A program made the translations under genes and the position numbers. The notes under the pieces are model-generated. The model was not told the origin of the DNA, did not search any database, and saw only the letters and a list, made by a program, of their open reading frames with translations. A stretch of DNA of 13,307 nt from Parasteatoda tepidariorum (lineage: Eukaryota), in NCBI RefSeq assembly GCF_043381705.1, contig NC_092214.1, forward strand, positions 2,519,823 through 2,533,129, given 5' to 3'. Below, piece after piece: positions 7,385 through 13,307 of this stretch. How positions within the stretch are numbered: position 1 is the first letter of the stretch; every line of letters begins with the position of its first letter.

Positions 7385-8045
7385 ATGAGCAGATCTTAGA
7401 CTTAGAGGTTGGGCAGCTCTAACGAGCGGGGCACATCGACCAGAGGTCTATAGTACCCAAACCCTAAATCATGATTAGCATGAAAGCCCTATAGCTGAAA
7501 TAATCAGTGTCACAGAGTATGTGTCGTGATGTCTCTTCTTCAAGATTACAACCCCGACAAAGAGAATTGGTTTCTATTCCCATTATGTGTATGTGTCTCC
7601 TGAGGATGCAGTGTCCAGTAAGTAGACCAATGATCTTCCTTAAACTGTTTCTATTAAGCTTTAAAAGCTCTTTTTGACGTACACTAGGACAGTCACAATT
7701 TAGCTCCTTAGCTTGTCTCTGACCGTCAGCAGTGCACCATTGCTCATGGGCAATTTTGCCATAGATCTTGAATATGGATGCCCTAAAACAGGTGGGAGAA
7801 ATTCCCAGTGCAGGTTCAGGGCCCCAGTAAATTGCATTAGAGCCAGCCCGCCGCTTCATCAGCTAGCTCATTTCCACCGATACCGATATGTCCAGGTACC
7901 CAATGTGGGGATACTCTGTTATGAGTGAATTGGTCACAGAGGACAGAGAAGCTGTCCCACACCAACAAAGAGGTGATCAAAGTCCTAAAAGAATTTCAAG
8001 AAAATACCAACTTATTGTCCAAGTTGTTCCGACCAACCCCAGCTT
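7385..8045 (-). mobile_element. 5'-truncated non-LTR (LINE) retrotransposon fragment holding the 3' end of ORF2 (RNase H domain plus C-terminal Cys/His tail) and the 3' UTR. It lies adjacent to, or inserted into, the piggyBac-like remnant.
   Basis: See the pseudogene entry below. Coding similarity stops abruptly at ~8045, where the sequence becomes AT-rich and non-coding. A GC-richer 3' UTR-like stretch spans 7385-7463. Confidence 0.75.
7464..8045 (-). pseudogene. Non-LTR retrotransposon ORF2 C-terminal fragment: RNase H domain (...YKAGVGRNNLDNKLVFS*NSFRTLITSLLVWDSFSVLCDQFTHNRVSPHWVPGHIGIGGNELADEAAG), then after a frameshift the tail ...AIYWGPEPALGISPTCFRAS...WCTADGQRQAKEL...LLTGHCILRRHIHIMGIETNSLCRGCNLEEETSRHILCDTDYFSYRAFML.
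   Basis: The WVPGH.GI.GNE.AD..A motif is the RNase H signature of retroelements. The downstream FIGPEP.CGIS-like stretch and the LTGHC.L..HL...G.....C..C...ET..H.LC.C..Y...R motif are typical of LINE ORF2 C-termini in the I/R1/LOA-like group with RNase H. There is one frameshift near 7850 and one stop near 8000. Confidence 0.8.
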
Positions 8046-8216
8046 TGTATAAAATGCTTTAAAGTTTTACATTCTAAATAATTATCTTAATAAACGATTT
8101 TCATATTACTTTTATAACAATTTAATACTTTTGTTACTTCCTGTGAAATGTCTTTTCAAATACATACTAATATCCTTCTGAAGTAGTCAAATAAGTGCCT
8201 GATCAGAAACTTTGCT

Positions 8217-8236
8217 GTCACCCGAATATGGGTGAC
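8217..8236. repeat. Perfect 7-bp-arm palindrome GTCACCC-GAATAT-GGGTGAC.
   Basis: Seen directly in the sequence. Confidence 0.8.
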
Positions 8237-8992
8237 ATGGCAATCAACGTGTTAATTATATGGAAAGTTATCATATGTGAAAAATAGTATTTGTCCTTAA
8301 AAAATTAAGTCTGCAAGGTTGGAGAGAAAAAAATTTTCTAAAAATATTTATTTAACTTGATTATTTTAATAAATGTCTAAATTTCAGAAGAAACAAAACA
8401 CATAATTCACTGCTCAATTAAATTTCAGAGAAAAATAAAGTTTCCGATTTTGAAAATAGCTTCAAAGTAGATTTTTTTTTATTAATTAAAAAATTAAATT
8501 CAGTAATGAAAAACTGAACTTTATGGAAGTATTTAAATTTTGTGATATGTAAAAATTCAAGCTTTTCATTGGCCAAATTTGTCCATCGTAATTGCAAAAC
8601 TTAAACTGAGTTCCACCCTAGAAATCCATGGATTTACGAAATATAGATTTTTGTATTCATACGATAGATCAATGAAGAAGCTAAACTTTCTAGGCTCTTT
8701 CTTTCGTCAGGCTCTGCATGATCTTTGCATTTTTATGTGCTATTTGTATTTTATACTGTATATAACTGTTTTTACCTAATTCTATTTACTTAGTATTTCA
8801 TTATGATTAGTTTTTCAATTGATTTTGTGCACTGTTAAAGTTGTACACTTTTATTTAATTTTATTCACTTTTGATTGCATTTGTTATGTATCATTTTAAC
8901 AATTTCATATATTTAATAAGATGAGTTTGCATCTCACCTTTAGTTTTGTTTTAAAAACTGTTTGTTTGGTGCAGCATGTCTTTTGTTGGGCC

Positions 8993-9066
8993 TTAAACCC
9001 TACATTCAATTAACCCTACATTAAGATTAAACCCTAACCTGATATTAAACCCTAGATTCAATTCAA
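8993..9066. repeat. Four-copy ~17-bp minisatellite (ttaaaccctacattcaa / ttaaccctacattaaga / ttaaaccctaacctgata / ttaaaccctagattcaa). Each unit contains AACCCT (complement TTAGGG-like), and one unit has ccctaacc, so this is a degenerate interstitial telomere-motif-derived repeat.
   Basis: Periodicity and the AACCCT core repeated four times are visible directly. Confidence 0.75.
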
Positions 9067-9519
9067 TTGAATTCTTATAGTGTCCTAAAATATGTCTTTA
9101 GGCAAAACAACTGTCAAATGCAGACATTCATTGTAAATCAGTTATTGTATCTGTTCTAATCTTTCTGTGTGAAAATAACTTCACCAGAGGAAGAAATATT
9201 TAAAAAAATTTACAAACATTCCTGATGAATCAAGGAGTGTGAGGCTGGAGTGGAGTGACAACTTTAGATCAAAATTTTGTCTCATGTTAATAATATCTTA
9301 CTTAACTGTGCTTTAAATAAAGTATTTATTTATTTATATATCTATACAGAGTGTTACAAAATTAACTGTCAAAACTGTAAGGGAAAGTAGGGCACATCAA
9401 AAAGATTGAGAATTGCATTGCTACCCATAACCAAAAATGTCATTGCAGACTGCTAGGAGTGCAACTCTTTAATGCATTAGCTTTTAAAGTCCATTCAAAC
9501 TAGTATGTTTTTTATGTAA

Positions 9520-9770
9520 AAAAATTATCTTAATTTTAAACTAATTTTTGCTAATTTCATGGTCATTGCCAAAATTGCATATAAATAATCATGGGAATAG
9601 ATATTTTTTCGTTATTTATTGATTTTGCAACCGATTTGTTGAGTTTATGAAATCATTAAGTTTCAAATAAACAGCTATTTTTTGTATACTTGAATGCATT
9701 TTTAAGCAATAATTATTAGGCGACAGAAAATTAGCATGAAATTAGGATAATTTAGTTAAATAAATGTTGA
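9520..9770. repeat. Candidate foldback or MITE-like element. Imperfect inverted arms at ~9525-9600 and ~9695-9765 (for example ctaatttttgctaatttcatggtcattgccaaaattgca versus tgcatttttaagcaat...ggcgacagaaaattagcatgaaattag) flank a ~100-bp spacer.
   Basis: The reverse complement of the left arm aligns to the right arm in three blocks (tgcaatttt, ggca..gaaattagca.aaattag, ataattt). The alignment was made by eye and the identity is moderate. Confidence 0.3.
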
Positions 9771-10669
9771 GATGAGTTCACTCACACTTGTATTGGTCTG
9801 AATCTGCCCATCCCAAGTAGATTAGATTCTCAGGAGTAATATTTCTTTGTAGGGGCAAAGGAGGGGAAGAGGAGCACATCACTTATCTCCATCAAGACAT
9901 TCCTCATTCTTCTTTCTTGTACAATTTTTTTCTTTGGGATAATTTTCCATTTAAATTTTTTTTTTTTAATTTAAAGAAGAATTTCCCTAGGGCTACCTGA
10001 ATTTCCCCTGAACCTTGTTCATGCAATTGATATATTTTGTATCCCTGCCTTTACTTATCCCTCTAGTGTCTGTAAAATGGATCATTATGGAAGCAAAAAT
10101 TAGATGTTCTGAGAAGACATGTTGTACAACAACCCTCTATGTCTAAAAATTTTTTATCACATTATTTGAAAATGAGATAAGCTAAATTGTATTTATCTTC
10201 ATTACTTAGAGAAAATTGTTTACTGTATTTAATTGAATCTGAATTGCATTTTTTCCCAATGCTAATGCTACTGAAAATCAGATACAACTTTTAATTGGCA
10301 GCAGAGTTTAGGGAAGGAAATTGAGTTTTCGAAACATTATTTTTGACAGTAAGAGTAATTACAAGTTCATGTGTATATTTAAACGTTTTCAATTCTGTTG
10401 AAATAAATTATTTACTCTTTGTTAATTCGCATTTAAATGTTTTTTAATTTCATAAATATTGAATATTAATAAACCTTTTTTCAAAATGTTTAATTTTTTT
10501 TATAAAATACTGTTAACAGTTTCGGGTGCAGCTTATAATTCAAATAAATATGGTATTTAGATATTGCAGTTTTTGATTTAAGTGCATAGTCAAAATGGCG
10601 AACTAATTGTTTTTCTTTTAAAATTTTCCATTGTTTTGAAGAATGTTCTGATCAATTTTTATTTTCTAG

Positions 10670-10809
10670 ATATCAATATAACAGAGATGCCTGTGTACAG
10701 TTTTGAATCTGAAGATTCTAGTGTGGACAACTCTGTATCATTAAAATTTTCCTCAAGAGAAGCTGATACTTTTCATCTTGAAAGAGTGCTGAATATTAAA
10801 TCTAAAAAG
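10670..10809 (+). other. Candidate internal or first coding exon. A polypyrimidine tract plus AG acceptor ends at 10669, an ATG lies at 10687, and a 41-codon ORF (MPVYSFESEDSSVDNSVSLKFSSREADTFHLERVLNIKSKK) ends at an AAG|GTTTGT donor at 10809/10810.
   Basis: Splice-like signals and an ORF with non-AT-biased, acidic/serine-rich composition, with intron-like T-rich sequence on both sides. I recognised no homology. Confidence 0.25.
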
Positions 10810-10911
10810 GTTTGTTTCAAGCAATTTTTAATCACTTTTTAAAATAATTTTTTAACCCAATATTTTCACATTTCATTTTTCTGCTAATAAATTGTTATGT
10901 GTTGAGAATAT

Positions 10912-10988
10912 TTTGACAAATTAACTCATTAATTCATTATTTTGACAAATTAACTCATTAATTCATTATTTTGACAAATTAACTCATA
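10912..10988. repeat. 29-bp tandem repeat (tttgacaaattaactcattaattcattat), 2.6 copies.
   Basis: Exact tandem copies at 10912, 10941 and 10970. Confidence 0.9.
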
Positions 10989-11380
10989 AGATTCTATTTT
11001 GTTTTAATAATTTGTAATCTGGCAATCTTATTACTAAAATATTTTAAATTATTCTTGAAAATTTTCCCGTCCATGTAAGTTCAATTGAATTCGCTACTCG
11101 CCTTATAGATTTCGTTTCATGTTTTGTTGTTTTTTCTTCACATTTTGTTTTCTACAATGTGTTCTATTCTATTTTGTTTCAAGAAGAAAAATTTTAATGC
11201 TCCTCACACTATTGTATTGTGTAATAAATAGGAATTTATTGGAGTTTTTTTTTGTATCAATACTTTTCAAAGAAGGGTTATTTTTCAATAGATGGCACCA
11301 CTATGATAAAATTTAAATGCAATCAAAATTATGATATTTCATGAGAAATTTTTATTTATCCTTTTAAAATGGGATTTTTA

Positions 11381-12050
11381 GGGTAGATTGTGGATATAAA
11401 TTGTATTAACATTTAAGGAGGATTGGATTATCGCTTTTATGGCGTATTAGTGGGTTTGTAGCTGGTTTTTCTTGTGGATCTTTTTTTGTCCTGATGTCCC
11501 CTGGATGCGGGAGGACTTTTGAGCGAGTAAACAGGTCAGTATGGATTATTTCGCCTTGGTGAAAAAAGTATAAGGGGTGTGAAGAGTGGCTGAAAAAGCA
11601 GTACGACAGGAGTGCGGATCGTGCCCGATGGAATGTTGGGTGGAAACATCACCGCTGACAGGATCTATCATGGCTGCTAGAAGTGTGTTCTGAGCCGGTA
11701 TCATCGAGGATGAGTTTGGATATAGCTGGAGTCTCGGAGTGAGTTGATCTAGGCTGAAATGCTGAAAGGTTGATGTTTGGAAAAAGTCTCTGGATGGACT
11801 AAGTACGCAACATTGGTCGGATGAGCTGTTGTCTGGAAGAAAGTTGATCTAAAGCCTCAGAATAGTTGACGGGAAGTGATAGATTGAATGTCGCTAAGTT
11901 CAAGATTGTTGGCAAGAATCGAGCGGTCCTCGGCAGAAAATCGTATGTTTCTAAAGAACTGAATGGCGATCAGAAAGTCGAAGTTCTCCTAGTCCACAAG
12001 TCTAGCTGCAGACCCGGTGGACGTTCCAGAAGGTGATCTGCAAGTTCCTT
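11381..12050 (+). other. ~670-bp compositional island that is G+A-rich on the plus strand (about 40% G and 15% C in sampled lines), roughly 50% GC against a ~30% GC background, with many CpGs. It has frequent TGA stops in all plus frames and only a low-complexity S/T/P/Q ORF on the C-rich minus strand. It could be a non-coding CpG island, a promoter, an ncRNA or a foreign insert, and the identity is unknown.
   Basis: Base composition was counted by eye on 11581-11640. CpG dinucleotides occur throughout (cgg, gcgg, cgtgcccgatgg, atcgagcggtcctcggc...). The six-frame track shows no ORF of 60 aa or more across the region. Confidence 0.55.
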
Positions 12051-12782
12051 TTGTATTTACAAACTCTAATTTCTTACCTTTTTAATAACTTTTTAGAAGA
12101 GCATTTTATTCCGTATTTTAAATTATTTCTATCGGGTGTTAAGATACCTATTTTAAGATGAGCCTTGGATATTTAATGTTAATTATCTGTTGTAGGAATA
12201 TAATGACCTAAAGTTTGAATGTTTTTTGTAAATTTAGAATGAGCTAGGATTTTTATTTCATAAATATCCCTTTTAGTGTGAATTAATTGAATGTGGTGCA
12301 TATGAAATTTAAAAGTGCTTTTTATCGAAAAGTTTTATCTTGAGTATAACCATTTGGAAATTTAAAAGTGTATAAATTGGAAATTTTATGCCCATGAAGG
12401 CATCTGGAAATGATTGGGGTTGTGTTTGTTGAAAATTTATAGTTATAATAAAATTTAATTTTTATTGTTAAATGTTTCTTGTAATTCATTAGTTATTTGT
12501 CTATTTTTGAACCTGGGTAACTGTTACCAAAATTCAATTAAAAGATCACAGCCTTGCCAAAGTTTGAAGGGTAACGGTACAATTGATATATTTTGCTTTG
12601 GCTATATTGATACAGTATTTAGAAAGCACTCTTTTTGGTGAATATAATCGTGTGAGCTGATGAAGTGATTATATCTTTTTTTTCCCGGATTTTTATTGAA
12701 CTTTTTTATATATATATGTTTTTTTAAATAATTTTCTTATATTTTTTCAGTATTCTGTAATTTTTTCAATGTTTTTTCTACA

Positions 12783-12830
12783 TTTTAAACTTACATATGT
12801 ATATGTATATATATATATATTTATGTATAT
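12783..12830. repeat. (TATATG/TA)n microsatellite (left flank of the MITE).
   Basis: Seen directly. Confidence 0.9.
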
Positions 12831-13186
12831 ACAGTAGGGAACCGATTATCCGGAACGATCTGGACCATCACTATTCCGGATAACTGATTTTTCCGGTTTT
12901 CTAAATCGATACAAAAAGCCGTTTTTTTATTGTTAAACCCAACTAAAAAAAAAATAATATTTGGAAATAATCTTAAAAAGAAGAAAAAACGATGACGTAA
13001 TACACTAATGTTTATTTCTGAAATGATGGTAAGGTAACTATCTTTCAAAAAAGAAAGAAAAATCCTAAAATCTTATGAGGGAAAAAAAAATTTTTTAAGA
13101 AAAATGGCGAGAAAATTTATCGAATTTCGTTCCGGTTTTTTGGTTTTCCGGTTTTCTGATTTCCAGATAACGGGTTCTGTACTGTA
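12829..13186. mobile_element. ~354-bp MITE with Tc1/mariner-style termini. The left end reads TA|CAGTAGGGAACCGATTATCCGGAA and the right end, reverse-complemented, TA|CAGTACAGAACCCGTTATCTGGAA (about 19 of 24 positions match). It has internal TTCCGGTTTT(C) subterminal repeats and sits in a TA-rich microsatellite, so a TA target-site duplication cannot be told apart from the flanking sequence.
   Basis: The terminal inverted repeats were aligned by eye. The CAGT start and flanking TA are typical of the Tc1/mariner superfamily and its MITEs. The six-frame ORF 12821..13048 on the minus strand lies inside the element and is spurious (poly-F and poly-K from A/T runs). Confidence 0.55.
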
Positions 13187-13208
13187 TATATATATATTTA
13201 TGTATATG

Positions 13209-13242
<34 letters not shown>

Positions 13243-13307
13243 TATGTATATATATATTTATGTATATATATATTTGTATATATATATTTATGTATATATA
13301 TATGTAT
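13185..13307. repeat. (TATATG/TA)n microsatellite (right flank of the MITE), running to the end of the window.
   Basis: Seen directly. Confidence 0.9.

Noticed and set aside
7713-7928. Plus-strand ORF 7713..7928.
   Set aside because: It runs antisense to the LINE ORF2 fragment, with no motifs.
9340-9400. TA|CAGAGTGTTACAAAATTAACTGTCAAAACTG as a possible Tc1/mariner TIR.
   Set aside because: No inverted partner was detected within a plausible distance, so a single CAG-start string is not informative.
11650-11960. ~100-codon stop-free frame on the minus strand of the G-rich island (INFLPDNSSSDQCCVLSPSRDFFQTSTFQHFSLDQLTPRLQLYPNSSSMIPAQNTLLAAMIDPVSGDVSTQHSIGHDPHSCRTAFSATLHTPYTFFTKAK).
   Set aside because: Low-complexity S/T/P/Q composition, which a C/T-rich strand gives because stop codons need A or G. 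The longest Met-initiated stretch is only 52 aa, and no domain-like pattern is present.
1-13307. Prokaryotic-style features (RBS-led gene arrays, operons, CRISPR arrays, tRNA/rRNA genes).
   Set aside because: None were seen. The composition, the transposon families present (piggyBac, pogo, LINE with RNase H), the splice-like signals and the microsatellites all point to a eukaryotic nuclear genome.

Overview
This looks like an AT-rich (roughly 70% A+T) eukaryotic, most likely metazoan, intergenic or intronic stretch. It is not prokaryotic: there are no operons, RBS-led gene arrays, tRNA/rRNA genes or CRISPR arrays, and several canonical splice-site-like signals are present. Degenerate TTAGGG-type repeats and the mix of transposon families would fit a cnidarian such as Hydra, but that is a guess. 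The window is essentially a transposon graveyard with at least five independent mobile-element remnants. (1) A decayed pogo/Tigger-type transposase gene lies at about 842-2000 on the plus strand. (2) A 14-nt motif GTGACGGAATGACA recurs seven times between 2292 and 4299 at roughly 184-bp phasing, as tandem doublets in inverted orientation that bracket a ~1.5-kb segment carrying short degenerate minus-strand ORFs; this is a candidate uncharacterised TIR or subterminal-repeat DNA element and the most novel structure here. (3) A decayed piggyBac-like element has a CCCTAG 5' end at 5530 and a transposase pseudogene at 5886-~7310. (4) It is followed by a 5'-truncated non-LTR retrotransposon fragment on the minus strand at 7385-8045 (RNase H plus the C-terminal Cys/His tail of ORF2). 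(5) A ~354-bp MITE with Tc1/mariner-style CAGTA termini sits inside a (TA/TATG)n microsatellite at 12829-13186. Other features are a telomere-motif-derived 17-bp minisatellite (8993-9066), a 29-bp tandem repeat (10912-10988), a ~250-bp foldback, and a ~670-bp G+A-rich, CpG-rich island with no protein-coding signal (11381-12050) that stands out sharply from the AT-rich background. No intact protein-coding host gene is evident; one weak candidate exon is flagged. All protein-family calls rest on conserved motifs I recognised by eye in translations, not on database searches.
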